From Chitinophagaceae bacterium (lineage in GTDB: Bacteria > Bacteroidota > Bacteroidia > Chitinophagales > Chitinophagaceae), in contig DASPNM010000017.1 of the NCBI GenBank assembly GCA_035626515.1, positions 77,399-141,398 on the forward strand: DNA of 64,000 bases, given 5' to 3'. Below, piece after piece: positions 1-9,884 of the stretch. A program made the translations under genes and the position numbers. Under the pieces are notes generated by a model. The model was not told the DNA's origin, ran no database searches, and saw only the letters and a list, made by a program, of their open reading frames with translations. The first letter of the stretch is position 1. Every line of letters begins with the position of its first letter.

Positions 1-937
1 CTCCGCTGATAATACACACTATGTTTTTTCCCCTGATGACATCTGAAAATTCGTCAAGCGCCGATAGGGCCATCGCCCCGGCGGGCTCCGTTACGATAGC
101 GTCGTCGTTATACAGTTTTAATATCGTTGAACAAATTTTTCCGTCCGGGATGATACACATCTCGTCAACCACATCCCTGCAAATGGAATAAGTAAGCTCT
201 CCCACTGTTTTAACTGCCGCACCATCCACAAAGGTTTCAAATTTGTCCAAAATCACCGGCCTTCCTTTCTTGAATGCCTGGTACATGGCGGGAGCCCCTT
301 CCGGGTTCACCCCGATAATTTTCGTTTTCGGGGAATACAGTTTGCAATACGATCCCACTCCTGCAGCAAGTCCGCCCCCGCCAACGGGTACAAAAACAAA
401 ATCAGGATTTGGGTGTTCATCCAGGATCTCCATTCCAACTGTTCCCTGTCCTTCAATAATAAGCGGGTCATTGAAAGCCGGAATTTCTGTCATTCCATGG
501 TTATCGCCATACCTTTTCGCAGCGGCGGCGCATTCGTCATAATTATCACCCGTAAGTCTGATTTCCACAAATGAGCCTCCAAACAGACGGGTCTGGTTAA
601 TTTTCTGCGCAGGCGTGATGAGTGGCATAAAAACAATCCCTCGTGCGTTCAGCTTCTTACAGCTGTAGGCAAAACCCTGTGCATGGTTGCCGGCGCTCGC
701 GCAAATGACCCCCCGGTCCAGCTCCGCCCGGGTCAACGAGCTCATCATATTATAGGCGCCGCGCAATTTGTAGGACCGAACAACCTGCAAATCTTCCCTT
801 TTCAGGTACACATTGCACTCATGTTTTTCGGAAAGACCTGCATGGTGTTCCAATGGGGTTTTCCTTGCAATACTTTCAAGTCGCCTGGCTGCACGCCGAA
901 AATCCAGGATCACAATGTCTTCATTCAACTTCTTCAT
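1..937 (-). CDS. ilvA: Threonine ammonia-lyase (threonine dehydratase), 5' portion; gene continues past the left window edge
   Basis: Not in the ORF track because it is open at the window edge. My translation of the minus strand from ATG at 937 gives MKKLNEDIVILDFRRAARRLESIARKTPLEHHAGLSEKHECNVYLKREDLQVVRSYKLRGAYNMMSSLTRAE...ICASAGNHAQGF. This contains the PLP-lysine motif SYKLRGA and the GNHAQG motif typical of PLP-dependent Thr/Ser dehydratases. It overlaps the ilvC stop by 17 nt, so it is the last gene of the ilv operon. Confidence 0.85.
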   Translation of the reverse strand, partial: MKKLNEDIVILDFRRAARRLESIARKTPLEHHAGLSEKHECNVYLKREDLQVVRSYKLRGAYNMMSSLTRAELDRGVICASAGNHAQGFAYSCKKLNARGIVFMPLITPAQKINQTRLFGGSFVEIRLTGDNYDECAAAAKRYGDNHGMTEIPAFNDPLIIEGQGTVGMEILDEHPNPDFVFVPVGGGGLAAGVGSYCKLYSPKTKIIGVNPEGAPAMYQAFKKGRPVILDKFETFVDGAAVKTVGELTYSICRDVVDEMCIIPDGKICSTILKLYNDDAIVTEPAGAMALSALDEFSDVIRGKNIVCIISG

Positions 938-1988
938 ACATATTATTTTTCTCGGGTCTTAACTTTCTCACAGTCTCTCCTGCTCTCCAGAGCTCGCTTT
1001 GTCTCAGCTCCTTCAGTTCAGAGTCCAGTTTTTCCCGGTAATCGGGCTCGCTATTGGCTTTGATCACCTTTGCAGTCTCTTTTCCACTCGCCACGCTCTC
1101 ATAGAGTTCATAGAATACAGGCAGGGTCGCGTCCCTGAACTTCTTCCACCAGTCGAGAGCGCCGCGCTGCGCCGTCGTCGAACAATTCGAATACATCCAG
1201 TCCATGCCATTTTCTGCTACCAGGGGCATGAGCGATTGCGTAAGCTCTTCAACTGTTTCGTTAAAAGCTTCCGATGGAGAATGGCCTTTTGATCGCAATA
1301 CCTGGAATTGCGCGGCAAATATCCCCTGCACCGCTCCCATTAGAGTCCCTCTTTCCCCGACCAGATCACTAAAAACTTCTCTCCTGAAATCAGTTTCAAA
1401 CAGATAACCGCTGCCGATCGCGATTCCGAGTGCAATTACTCTTTCAAAAGCTTTGCCGGTCGCATCCTGGTAAATGGCGTAGGAACTGTTCAACCCCCGT
1501 CCCTGCAGAAATAGTCTTCTGAGCGAAGTGCCCGAACCTTTAGGAGCCACCATAAAAACGTCCACATCTTTTGGAGCAATGATCCCCGTTTGATCGTTGA
1601 ACGTTATTCCGAAACCGTGGGAAAAATATAATGCCTTACCCGGCGTCAAATATTTTTTGACCGTTGGCCAAAGTTTGATTTGCGCGGCATCTGATAAGAG
1701 ATAACAAATAACTGTCGCGCGCTGCAACGCACCTTCAATGTCAAATAAGGTGTCTCCGGGAACAAACCCGTCCCTGACTGCCTTGTCCCAGGATTTCGAT
1801 TTCGGACGCTGCCCGACGATCACATTAATTCCATTATCCCGCAGGTTCATTGCCTGCCCCGGTCCCTGCACGCCATAGCCGATAATCGCCACCGTCTCAT
1901 CTTTCAAAATCTCCCTGGACTTGTCCAGCGGAAATTCATCACGTGTGACGACATTTTCCGGCGTGTCTCCAAAGTTCAGTGTTGCCAT
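921..1988 (-). CDS. ilvC: Ketol-acid reductoisomerase (class I)
   Basis: 355 aa ORF. N-terminal Rossmann motif IIGYGVQGPGQAMNLRDNG and overall KARI-like sequence. ATG confirmed at 1988. Confidence 0.95.
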   Translation of the reverse strand: MATLNFGDTPENVVTRDEFPLDKSREILKDETVAIIGYGVQGPGQAMNLRDNGINVIVGQRPKSKSWDKAVRDGFVPGDTLFDIEGALQRATVICYLLSDAAQIKLWPTVKKYLTPGKALYFSHGFGITFNDQTGIIAPKDVDVFMVAPKGSGTSLRRLFLQGRGLNSSYAIYQDATGKAFERVIALGIAIGSGYLFETDFRREVFSDLVGERGTLMGAVQGIFAAQFQVLRSKGHSPSEAFNETVEELTQSLMPLVAENGMDWMYSNCSTTAQRGALDWWKKFRDATLPVFYELYESVASGKETAKVIKANSEPDYREKLDSELKELRQSELWRAGETVRKLRPEKNNMYEEVE

Positions 1989-2008
1989 AAAATTTGTATT
2001 GTTTTATT

Positions 2009-2257
2009 TTATTGTGTTTGGATAAACAAGCTTACGTCCATTACGTCCACCTGTTTTTCTATCTGCTTTGACAATTTCTGAATCGTATCTATGTTTTCTC
2101 TGACCGTGATCAGGAACCGCTGTCGTTTATCTGGTGAAATACTGATGGCCTGCAGGCTGTCGATCGGGATCCTTCTGCGGGTGAACAGGGAAGCCAGCCT
2201 GTTCAGCGTAGTAGGATCACTTCCTGCATTGATCTGTATGATAAATTGCTCTTTCAT
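2009..2257 (-). CDS. ilvN: Acetolactate synthase small (regulatory) subunit, short ACT-domain-only form
   Basis: 82 aa ORF immediately downstream of ilvB (6 nt gap). ACT-like sequence (LNRLASLFTRRRIPIDSL). Position is typical of the AHAS regulatory subunit. Confidence 0.7.
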   Translation of the reverse strand: MKEQFIIQINAGSDPTTLNRLASLFTRRRIPIDSLQAISISPDKRQRFLITVRENIDTIQKLSKQIEKQVDVMDVSLFIQTQ

Positions 2258-2263
2258 ATAAGT

Positions 2264-3985
2264 TTACTTAAGTCTCACTTCGTTTACGGCACAGCCCTGG
2301 GGTATCATGGGAAAAACATTTTCTTCCTGTTTCACCGGCACTTCGAGCAAAAAGGATCCTTTATGGTGAATCATTTGTTTGAGCGCTGCTTTTAATACGG
2401 AGCGGTCCGAAACTTTCGCACCTGCGATCCCGTACGCTAACGCAACTTTCACATAGTCGGGGCTCGAAATATCTACGCAGGAATACCTTTTTTGATGAAA
2501 TAATTCCTGCCACTGCCTTACCATGCCCAAGAACCCGTTGTTCAGGATCACAATCTTAATATCCACGCCACATTGCATGATCGTACCCAATTCCTGTATT
2601 GTCATTTGAAACCCGCCATCCCCGATGATGGCGATCACCGTCCTGCGGGGCGCGCCGTATTTCGCGCCTATGGCAGCAGGCAATGCGAAGCCCATCGTGC
2701 CCAACCCGCCGGAAGTAATATTACTTTTTGAATAATTATATTTTGCATAGCGACAGGTCACCATCTGGTGCTGGCCTACGTCGGTGACAATGATCGCTTC
2801 GCCCCGAACCAGTTCATTCAGTGTTTTGATCACCTCTCCCATAGTTAGTTCCGGATGAACCGGATTCTGTTCCGGCTGAATACAGATTTCCTCTTCCTCC
2901 ATCCTGAGCTCATGAAACCTGCCGAGCCACGCTGCATGCTCCTTTCTTTCAATTAATTCCGTAAGCAGGGGGAGACTTTCCTTACAATCCCCGCAAACCG
3001 CAACCGTCGTCTTTACATTTTTATCGATTTCGGCCGCATCGATATCCAGGTGAATAATCTTAGCCTGCTTCGCATATTTTTCCAGTTTGCCTGTTACCCG
3101 GTCATCAAAGCGCATTCCGATTGCGATCAATACATCACATTCATTGGTCAGAACATTGGGTGCATAGTTGCCGTGCATACCCAGCATACCCGCCGCCAGT
3201 GGATGGTCGGTTCTGATAGCGCTCATTCCCATAATGGTCCATGCCGCGGGAATACCGCCTTTTTCGATAAACCGATGGAATTCACGTTCAGCATTTCCCA
3301 GGATCACACCCTGGCCAAAAACGACGAATGGTTTTTTAGCAGCGTTGATTATCCGGGCGGCCTCTCTTATTTTTTCGCGGTCGATTTCCGGTTTAGGGTC
3401 ATAACTATCCAGGAATTCGCATTTTTCATAGCCGTTGAATTCAAACTTTTGGAGCTGTGCGTTTTTCGTGATATCGATGAGCACAGGTCCGGGTCTGCCG
3501 CTGCGTGCGATATAAAATGCCTTAGCCAGCACAGCGGGGATTTCAGCTGCATCAACAATTTGGTAATTCCATTTGGTAACGGGGGCGGTAATATTAATAA
3601 TGTCAGTTTCCTGGAACGCGTCCGATCCAAGCAGATGGGCATACACCTGGCCGGTGATACAAACCACAGGCGTACTGTCAATAATCGCGTCTCCGAGCCC
3701 GGTCACCAGGTTGGTGCCGCCCGGCCCGCTGGTTGCAATGACTACGCCTGTTTTTCCCGACGACCGGGCAAATCCCTGTGCAGCATGAATGGCCCCCTGC
3801 TCATGTCTCACCAGGATATGGTTGATCTGGTGATGAAAATCATACAGAGCATCATAGACGGGCATAATGGCCCCGCCTGGATACCCGAATATGGTGTCTA
3901 CCCCCTCATGGATCAAAGCCTCAAGAAGGGAAACCGATCCTGACACCACTCTAGTATTCATCCGTAACGCATCCGTGGCTCGCAT
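2264..3985 (-). CDS. ilvB: Acetolactate synthase large (catalytic) subunit, ThDP-dependent
   Basis: 573 aa. ThDP-enzyme motifs ([30 protein letters not shown]). The true start may be the internal Met at 3961 (MNTRVVSG), which would remove the 35 nt overlap with ilvD. Confidence 0.95.
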   Translation of the reverse strand: MRATDALRMNTRVVSGSVSLLEALIHEGVDTIFGYPGGAIMPVYDALYDFHHQINHILVRHEQGAIHAAQGFARSSGKTGVVIATSGPGGTNLVTGLGDAIIDSTPVVCITGQVYAHLLGSDAFQETDIINITAPVTKWNYQIVDAAEIPAVLAKAFYIARSGRPGPVLIDITKNAQLQKFEFNGYEKCEFLDSYDPKPEIDREKIREAARIINAAKKPFVVFGQGVILGNAEREFHRFIEKGGIPAAWTIMGMSAIRTDHPLAAGMLGMHGNYAPNVLTNECDVLIAIGMRFDDRVTGKLEKYAKQAKIIHLDIDAAEIDKNVKTTVAVCGDCKESLPLLTELIERKEHAAWLGRFHELRMEEEEICIQPEQNPVHPELTMGEVIKTLNELVRGEAIIVTDVGQHQMVTCRYAKYNYSKSNITSGGLGTMGFALPAAIGAKYGAPRRTVIAIIGDGGFQMTIQELGTIMQCGVDIKIVILNNGFLGMVRQWQELFHQKRYSCVDISSPDYVKVALAYGIAGAKVSDRSVLKAALKQMIHHKGSFLLEVPVKQEENVFPMIPQGCAVNEVRLK

Positions 3986-5633
3986 CTTTGACAGATTTTA
4001 GATATTTTAACAACACACCTTTCCTTACGCCTGGTTCCGGTTGTTTCCACCTGCTTCGCCGTGCTGCAATTGTCGTTGAATCGACTTTTAGGGTGATCGA
4101 ATTCTTTAAGACATCAATTTCAATCAGGTCATCATTTTCAACGAGGGCAATTAATCCTCCTTCGTATGCTTCAGGACTGATATGCCCCACTACAAACCCA
4201 TGCGTACCACCGCTGAACCTTCCGTCTGTAATCAGGGCAACCGAATTCCCCAGGCCCGCACCGATGATGACCGATGTCGGTTTCAGCATTTCAGGCATCC
4301 CGGGGCCGCCCTTCGGACCTGCATATCGAATAACCACCACATCCCCTTGCCTTATTTTCCCTGAATGAACGCCGTCTACCAATTCAGATTCTGCGTCAAA
4401 CACCCTGGCCGGCCCTTCGAATCTTTCTCCTTCTTTTCCGGAAATCTTCGCAACACTTCCTTTCTCTGCAAGATTTCCATAAAGGATCTGTATATGTCCT
4501 GTTTTCTTGATCGGGTGTTCGATTGGGTAGATCACTTTCTGTTTGCTGAAATCCAGCGCAGGAATATCTGCCAGGTTTTCTTCAACGGTTCTGCCGGTCA
4601 CCGTAAGGCAGTCTCCATGCAACAATCCCTGACTCAATAAGTATTTCATCAGTGCGGGAAGCCCACCGGCAAGGTGCAGGTCATGCATTAAATAGTTTCC
4701 GCTGGGCTTGAAATCCGCAAGCACGGGTGTGTGATTGCTGATAACCTGAAAGTCGTCGAGTGAAAAATCTACCCCCACCGACCTAGCAATCCCGATTAAA
4801 TGAAGCACTGCATTGGTGCTCCCGCCTATGACCATGATCAGACGTGCCGCATTTTCAAAAGCTTTTCTGGTCATGATATCGGACGGCTTGATATCAAGTT
4901 CGATCAGATGCAGGATGGCTTTGCCGGCGGCTTTGCATTCAGCCCGTTTACTTTCGCTTTGCGCGGGATTGGAAGAAGAAAAAGGCAGGCTCATGCCCAG
5001 CGCTTCAATCGCAGCAGCCATCGTATTCGCAGTATACATACCTCCACAGGCTCCCGCCCCCGGGCAACTGTTTCTGATAATGCCCTTGAATTCTTCTTCA
5101 TTGATGGTGCCGGCCATTTTTTTACCGAGGGCCTCAAATGCAGAAATGATATCGAGCTTTTTTCCGTTAAAATGTCCCGCCTCTATGGTTCCGCCATAAA
5201 CCATCAGTGCCGGCCTGTTTAACCGGGCCATGGCCATGACGCTGCCCGGCATGTTTTTGTCGCAACCCGGCACGGCAATCAGGGCGTCGTAAAACTGCGC
5301 TCCGCAAACCGCTTCAATGCTATCGGCAATGAGATCCCTGCTCAGCAGTGAATACCGCATGCCGCTCGTTCCATTGCTCATACCGTCACTGACGCCAATG
5401 GTATGGAAAACCAAACCCACCATCTCGTTTTCCCAAACGCTTTGCTTTATTAAAGCTGCCAGGCTGTTGAGATGCATGTTGCAGGTATTTCCATCGTACC
5501 CCATACTCGCAATCCCGACCTGGGGCTTCTTAAAATCGTCGTCGGTTAACCCGATCCCATAAAGCATGGCCTGCGCTGCCGGCTGCGACGGATCCTGCGT
5601 AAGATGCTTTGAATATTTATTCAACTCCTTCAT
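3951..5633 (-). CDS. ilvD: Dihydroxy-acid dehydratase
   Basis: 560 aa. IlvD/Edd family signatures ([19 protein letters not shown]-like [14 protein letters not shown]). ATG confirmed at 5633. Confidence 0.95.
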   Translation of the reverse strand: MKELNKYSKHLTQDPSQPAAQAMLYGIGLTDDDFKKPQVGIASMGYDGNTCNMHLNSLAALIKQSVWENEMVGLVFHTIGVSDGMSNGTSGMRYSLLSRDLIADSIEAVCGAQFYDALIAVPGCDKNMPGSVMAMARLNRPALMVYGGTIEAGHFNGKKLDIISAFEALGKKMAGTINEEEFKGIIRNSCPGAGACGGMYTANTMAAAIEALGMSLPFSSSNPAQSESKRAECKAAGKAILHLIELDIKPSDIMTRKAFENAARLIMVIGGSTNAVLHLIGIARSVGVDFSLDDFQVISNHTPVLADFKPSGNYLMHDLHLAGGLPALMKYLLSQGLLHGDCLTVTGRTVEENLADIPALDFSKQKVIYPIEHPIKKTGHIQILYGNLAEKGSVAKISGKEGERFEGPARVFDAESELVDGVHSGKIRQGDVVVIRYAGPKGGPGMPEMLKPTSVIIGAGLGNSVALITDGRFSGGTHGFVVGHISPEAYEGGLIALVENDDLIEIDVLKNSITLKVDSTTIAARRSRWKQPEPGVRKGVLLKYLKSVKDASHGCVTDEY

Positions 5634-6504
5634 TTATCTTTTTTTCCAATACTAGGTTTTGGTATTGTTTCTGGATTCTCGAACTAACCGAATCTTCCCA
5701 GTTTAATTTGAAACAAACTCCATCGAGAGATGCGAGCTGGACGATCTCGGCTGCAGTTCCGCAAAAAAACCCCGCGTCGGCTCCCTTCATTTGTTCGGGT
5801 GTAAAAAAGATTTCTTTAACGGGTATGCCCATTTCATTACAGAGTTCCATTACTGTGGCCCGCGTGATACCAGGGAGAATATTTCCCCGGGGGGGAGTAA
5901 ACAATACGCCGTCCAGCTCATAGAAAATATTCACACCTGGTCCTTCAGCGACAAAACCGTCCTGGTCAAGCAGCAAGGCCTCATCGAAACCTTTATCTTT
6001 TGCATCCTGGCAGGCAAGGATCGAGTTCACATAGTGTCCCGACACTTTTGCCTCCACATGAAATCCATTAGGATTGGGTCGCCTGAATGGGGAGGTCATT
6101 ACCCTCAGTTTGTTGGGCAAGTAGCCATTGGTCCAGTCCCACGCCTGGATAACAAGGATGCTCTCCCTGCCTTTTGATAATGACATGTTGGGGGAACAGA
6201 CAACCAAAGGCCTCAGGTATGCTTCCGTGAGGTGATTTTTTGCGAGGAGCTCGTAGCTTAGGTTTGTCAGTTCCTGTACCGTATAGTCAAACGGTATTTG
6301 CATCATTGCGGCCGAGTATGTCAACCTCTCAAAATGTTCTTTTGCCTTAAAGATCTTTGGGTCATCCCCTATGCTGTATGACCGAATTCCCTCAAATACG
6401 GCATACCCATAGTGAAGCGATTGGCTGTATAAGTCCAACCGGCCATCTGAAGCGTTGATGAAACTATTATCGAAATAGATAATCGTGTCGTTGGTGTAAT
6501 ACAT
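5617..6504 (-). CDS. ilvE: Branched-chain amino acid aminotransferase (fold type IV PLP enzyme)
   Basis: 295 aa. Class IV aminotransferase-like sequence (EGIRSY, LRPLV, GITR). First gene of the ilv operon. ATG confirmed at 6504. Confidence 0.9.
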   Translation of the reverse strand: MYYTNDTIIYFDNSFINASDGRLDLYSQSLHYGYAVFEGIRSYSIGDDPKIFKAKEHFERLTYSAAMMQIPFDYTVQELTNLSYELLAKNHLTEAYLRPLVVCSPNMSLSKGRESILVIQAWDWTNGYLPNKLRVMTSPFRRPNPNGFHVEAKVSGHYVNSILACQDAKDKGFDEALLLDQDGFVAEGPGVNIFYELDGVLFTPPRGNILPGITRATVMELCNEMGIPVKEIFFTPEQMKGADAGFFCGTAAEIVQLASLDGVCFKLNWEDSVSSRIQKQYQNLVLEKKINEGVE

Positions 6505-6542
6505 ATAGCTTCTTTAACTGCTTGTCTCCCCAAGGATATAAG

Positions 6543-6570
6543 AAAAAAAAACCCGCCCTGGGAGGCGGGT
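6543..6570 (-). terminator. Intrinsic terminator (attenuator) between the leader ORF and ilvE
   Basis: Minus strand reads ACCCGCC-TCCCA-GGGCGGGT followed by TTTTTTTTT (a 9-T run). It lies 38 nt upstream of the ilvE ATG and 25 nt downstream of the leader ORF stop. Confidence 0.7.
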
Positions 6571-6595
6571 CGCGGATAATTTTTTTAGTTTATTA

Positions 6596-6691
6596 TCATG
6601 CACCCCCTCCGGCCGTAGGAATAATGATCACGAATCCCACAATAATCGACGCGGTCAGAGCAATAACACTATGTAGCTTGTTTCTTAACAT
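6596..6691 (-). CDS. Putative ilv operon leader peptide (31 aa, Ile/Val/Leu-rich)
   Basis: My translation is MLRNKLHSVIALTASIIVGFVIIIPTAGGGA*. It has 6 Ile, 3 Val, 3 Leu and 2 Thr, including a VIII run. It is followed by the terminator above. The 3' end of the ORF (GGAGGGGGT, plus coords 6602-6610) is complementary to the terminator 5' arm. Confidence 0.55.
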   Translation of the reverse strand: MLRNKLHSVIALTASIIVGFVIIIPTAGGGA

Positions 6692-7014
6692 GGAGTGAGT
6701 GTTGAATAAAAGTAAACGAATTTTTTAAACAAATGAAGCACTGGGGGCAATAATAAGTTTCCATAGTGATTACAAAAAATAACTTCAATGATGAAAAAAA
6801 GTTAAGTACGTGAAGCGCACCGTGTTGTGTTATTATTGACTAACAAATGATCGTCTGATTTTACCGCGACCTTGTTTTATTTTCTATACCTTGAACCATT
6901 CCGCCGTTTACCCTTCTGCCGTTATTCCCTCTGAATTCACTTCATCCGGATAAGGAAACATCAAACGTTGATGAACGGAATCATTTATTTTTTAACCACC
7001 AAATAACCGATTTT

Positions 7015-7494
7015 ATGAGCAGCAAACTTCAACTGACCTTACTGGCGGTCATCGCCCTGATTATCTCCGCCTGCAACACCAAAAATGCAGACACCAAAAT
7101 CGACATGGACAAAACGAGGGCAGAAATCCAGGCTATGGAAGATGCCTATGCCGCTGGAGAAAAAGCAAAGGATGCCGACAAGGTTGTGGCATATTACAGT
7201 GATGACGCTGTCAGCTATAACCGCAACGAGGAACCGACGTCAGGGAAAAAAGCGATCCGGGACCGCACAGCAAAACGCTTGAATGAAGACACCTCCGGCA
7301 ACTACAATGTTTACAAAGTGGTTGATCTGTTTGGAAACGACAAAATGTTGGTAGAGATCGGCTCGTGGTCAGAAAAGACTTCTTCCGGTGCGGAAAAAGA
7401 CCACGGCTACTACATGTCCTATTTTGAAAAGCGGAATGGAAAATGGGTTTGTGTTCGCGACATGAATGTCAGTTCGACGCCGGCCGCAAAATAG
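7015..7494 (+). CDS. Lipoprotein with NTF2-like (SnoaL/DUF4440-type) domain
   Basis: 159 aa. Signal peptide with lipobox (LIISAC). The pattern of the mature part resembles NTF2-fold DUF4440 proteins (YYSDDAV ... KWVCVRDM). Confidence 0.6.
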   Translation: MSSKLQLTLLAVIALIISACNTKNADTKIDMDKTRAEIQAMEDAYAAGEKAKDADKVVAYYSDDAVSYNRNEEPTSGKKAIRDRTAKRLNEDTSGNYNVYKVVDLFGNDKMLVEIGSWSEKTSSGAEKDHGYYMSYFEKRNGKWVCVRDMNVSSTPAAK

Positions 7495-7518
7495 GGGTTT
7501 TCCTGTCTTATCAATTTG

Positions 7519-7553
7519 AAGTCCCGAAACCTTAGGATTGCGGGACTTTTTGT
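7519..7553 (+). terminator. Intrinsic terminator after the 7015-7494 gene
   Basis: AAGTCCCG (7519-7526) pairs with CGGGACTT (7541-7548), with a 14 nt loop, followed by TTTTGTT. Confidence 0.6.
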
Positions 7554-7639
7554 TGGTGACCTTCTGGAAAAGTCGATAGTCGTTATTCGCGAGTTCGGAA
7601 TTCGGAGGTTGTAATCCCGCCGGCATCCATGCGTCCGGA

Positions 7640-8173
7640 TCAAAAAAGCCGATAATGGAAGGCCGCACGAAGTCCCACCGACTGCACACTCTTATTCGCT
7701 CCGGCGAGAGCCGTTTCGTACTTCAAACCGAAAATAAAATTGTTGCCGCGCTGACCTACCTCCAGCGAGTAGCCGGCGATCAGCGCCAGCGCAAGCCCTT
7801 TTCCCGGACTTCCGTCGGGGTCTTCGTTCGCAGGTCCAATCGCGGTTAGGGCGAAGCCCGCCTGGGGCTCGAGAAAAAATCCTGTTTTGGAGTCTTCGCT
7901 GAAAATATAACGGTAGCCGGCCTTGAACGTAAAGAACCCACCTCCTTCGTGCAGGTCCGATGAGCTGCTCACGGGAAAGTATTCGATATTAATCAGCTCC
8001 AAAACGACACTCTGGCTCCCGTATTCATTTGTCGGAAAATCGAGCGCCCAATACGCCCCGTAGCCGACCTGGTAGTCTTTGGAGTACTTGCCGATGATTT
8101 TGGAAACGGCTAATTGTGAAAATGCCGTGCCGGCGGCAAAAATGGCGAGCAGCAGCAGGATAGATTTTCTCAT
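7640..8173 (-). CDS. Small outer-membrane beta-barrel (porin-family/OmpW-like) protein
   Basis: Signal peptide MRKSILLLLAIFAAGTAFSQ (ATG confirmed at 8173; the track ORF starts 36 nt further upstream). Alternating hydrophobic pattern. C-terminal ...AAFHYRLF with terminal Phe, typical of OM barrels. Confidence 0.6.
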   Translation of the reverse strand: MRKSILLLLAIFAAGTAFSQLAVSKIIGKYSKDYQVGYGAYWALDFPTNEYGSQSVVLELINIEYFPVSSSSDLHEGGGFFTFKAGYRYIFSEDSKTGFFLEPQAGFALTAIGPANEDPDGSPGKGLALALIAGYSLEVGQRGNNFIFGLKYETALAGANKSVQSVGLRAAFHYRLF

Positions 8174-8669
8174 GGTGGTTTGCTTTTGGTGGCGGGCCGG
8201 CGCGGGCAACGGCTTGGCTGGAGAAATTTAAGTCGGGAAACTGATGTTTTCAAAAAAAAGAATGATTTTGCCTGCCGGCGCTTTTCGCGGGCGTTCGGAA
8301 CCGGAAGGAGCTAACCGGCAGCTTCCGCCGACTGCGTCAATAAAGCAGCCCTCCGCACCGGTTCCAAACAAAAAGTATTTGCCCTTCAGTCTTAGTGTTC
8401 CAAAAAATTGAGCTGCAATCGGGTACAAAAATGCTTATAACATTCATGGCAATCTGTTGAGCCTGTAAACTTATTGAATCAGTGAAACTACTTTCATCCT
8501 CTTTTCATGGATGGCCTGGAAATTGTATGAAAAAATTCACCCACAATCTGCCAGGTAAGACAATTTACCTCACAGCAATTGTTCCCGGTAAACCATTTTA
8601 CCGCTAAGCTCCATTATCGTCTGCCTGGGCGGAACGATAAACACAATTGTTCATCTTAATCTGGTTTTT

Positions 8670-9821
8670 ATGAATAGGATCTTTGTTTCTGTTCTTGCAG
8701 GCATGATTTTGCTTTCCTGCAAGAAGAATGATCTTCCGGTTGCCCAAAGTGAGGAACAAGCGCTTGCATCAAAACCCGCGAATACCGGGAATATTAAGAC
8801 CCGGATACTAAACAATTCGCTCCATTTCCCGTGGGAGATTCTTTGGGGACCGGATAATTACATCTGGTTCACAGAGAAAGACGGGCATGTCAAGCGCATG
8901 AATCCCCAGACAGGCGCGGTGATCCACGTCGCAACCATTCCGGATGCGGTTGCGACCACCCGATTTAGCGGTCTACTGGGAATGGTACTCGATCCGAATT
9001 GGAGCAGTAACCCGTTTGTGTATGTAGTCTATAATTACTTTGATAGTGAGGGTGACTATATGCAAAAGATCGTCCGGTTTAGGTACAACGGTACTACACT
9101 TGTTGAGCCGCTGATCCTTGTAGATGGGATCGTAGGCAAGGATGGGGGTGATTTTATTCATAATGGCAGCCGGCTCGCGATCGGACCCGATGGTAAATTA
9201 TATGCTACTACCGGAGACGCCAACCTCCGATTTGAGTTACCCCAAAACCCGACTAAACTTAATGGAAAGGTATTACGGGTGAACCTGAACGGAAGTATAC
9301 CGGCGGATAATCCATATGGAAATCCTGTTTGGGCGATTGGTTTTCGAAATTCACAAGGACTGGTTTACGCCATGGGTAGATGGTATAGTTCGGAGCATGG
9401 GGAAACCACTGATGACGAAATAAACATCATCGAAAGAAACCGGAACTATGGCTGGCCGTTCGTGGAAGGTTTTTGTGACCGGCCCGATGAACAAAGTTTT
9501 TGTTCTGCAAATAATGTCAAAGAGCCCATTTTTGCCTGGACCCCCACAGTGGCACCCAGCGGTATGGATTTTTACGACAAGAACGAGATACCGCAATGGA
9601 GACGATCTTTACTCGTTACTTTTTTAAAGAATAGAAGATTGAGGCAAATGAAATTGAATGGAGACGGTACCGCGATTGAGGAAGTACATGAATTTTTTAT
9701 CAATCAATTTGGCAGGCTGCGGGACGTAGCCATTTCACCAGATGGTAAAGTTTATATCTGCACGGACAATGGGAATAACCAGGATATGATCATAGAAGTA
9801 TCGAGGGGGAGCGGAATGTGA
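8670..9821 (+). CDS. PQQ-dependent sugar (glucose/sorbosone) dehydrogenase family beta-propeller protein, exported
   Basis: 383 aa. Signal peptide. Motifs HNGSRLAIGPDGKLYATTGD and NYGWP are characteristic of the soluble aldose dehydrogenase family. Confidence 0.8.
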   Translation: MNRIFVSVLAGMILLSCKKNDLPVAQSEEQALASKPANTGNIKTRILNNSLHFPWEILWGPDNYIWFTEKDGHVKRMNPQTGAVIHVATIPDAVATTRFSGLLGMVLDPNWSSNPFVYVVYNYFDSEGDYMQKIVRFRYNGTTLVEPLILVDGIVGKDGGDFIHNGSRLAIGPDGKLYATTGDANLRFELPQNPTKLNGKVLRVNLNGSIPADNPYGNPVWAIGFRNSQGLVYAMGRWYSSEHGETTDDEINIIERNRNYGWPFVEGFCDRPDEQSFCSANNVKEPIFAWTPTVAPSGMDFYDKNEIPQWRRSLLVTFLKNRRLRQMKLNGDGTAIEEVHEFFINQFGRLRDVAISPDGKVYICTDNGNNQDMIIEVSRGSGM

Positions 9822-9884
9822 GTCTGGTTTTTAGGTCACTCTATGCAAAGTAGTGAGCTTTTGTTGTTTGGTTGCTGATAGGGG

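Noticed and set aside
243-1063. Plus-strand track ORFs 243-542, 683-1063, 853-1041 and 999-1292 at the left edge.
   Set aside because: They lie antisense to a clearly recognisable threonine dehydratase (ilvA, minus strand, open at the window edge) and to ilvC. Their products are low-complexity (Pro/Ser/Ala-rich) with no motifs.
3050-3943. 297 aa plus-strand ORF opposite ilvB, and similar ORFs opposite ilvD and ilvE.
   Set aside because: These are shadow ORFs antisense to strongly supported ThDP-enzyme and dehydratase genes. They have no motifs and odd composition.
8296-8366. Possible SRP (4.5S) RNA, because of a CCGGAAGG (GGAA tetraloop-like) motif in a GC-rich hairpin. Also considered: RNase P, tmRNA or a riboswitch in the 8210-8669 spacer.
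   Set aside because: The sequence after the tetraloop (AGCTAACCGGCAGC) does not match the conserved domain IV pattern I remember (GGAAGCAGCC...GGCAG...). I saw no B12 box, TPP or purine riboswitch cores. It is kept only as an unassigned structured island in the findings.
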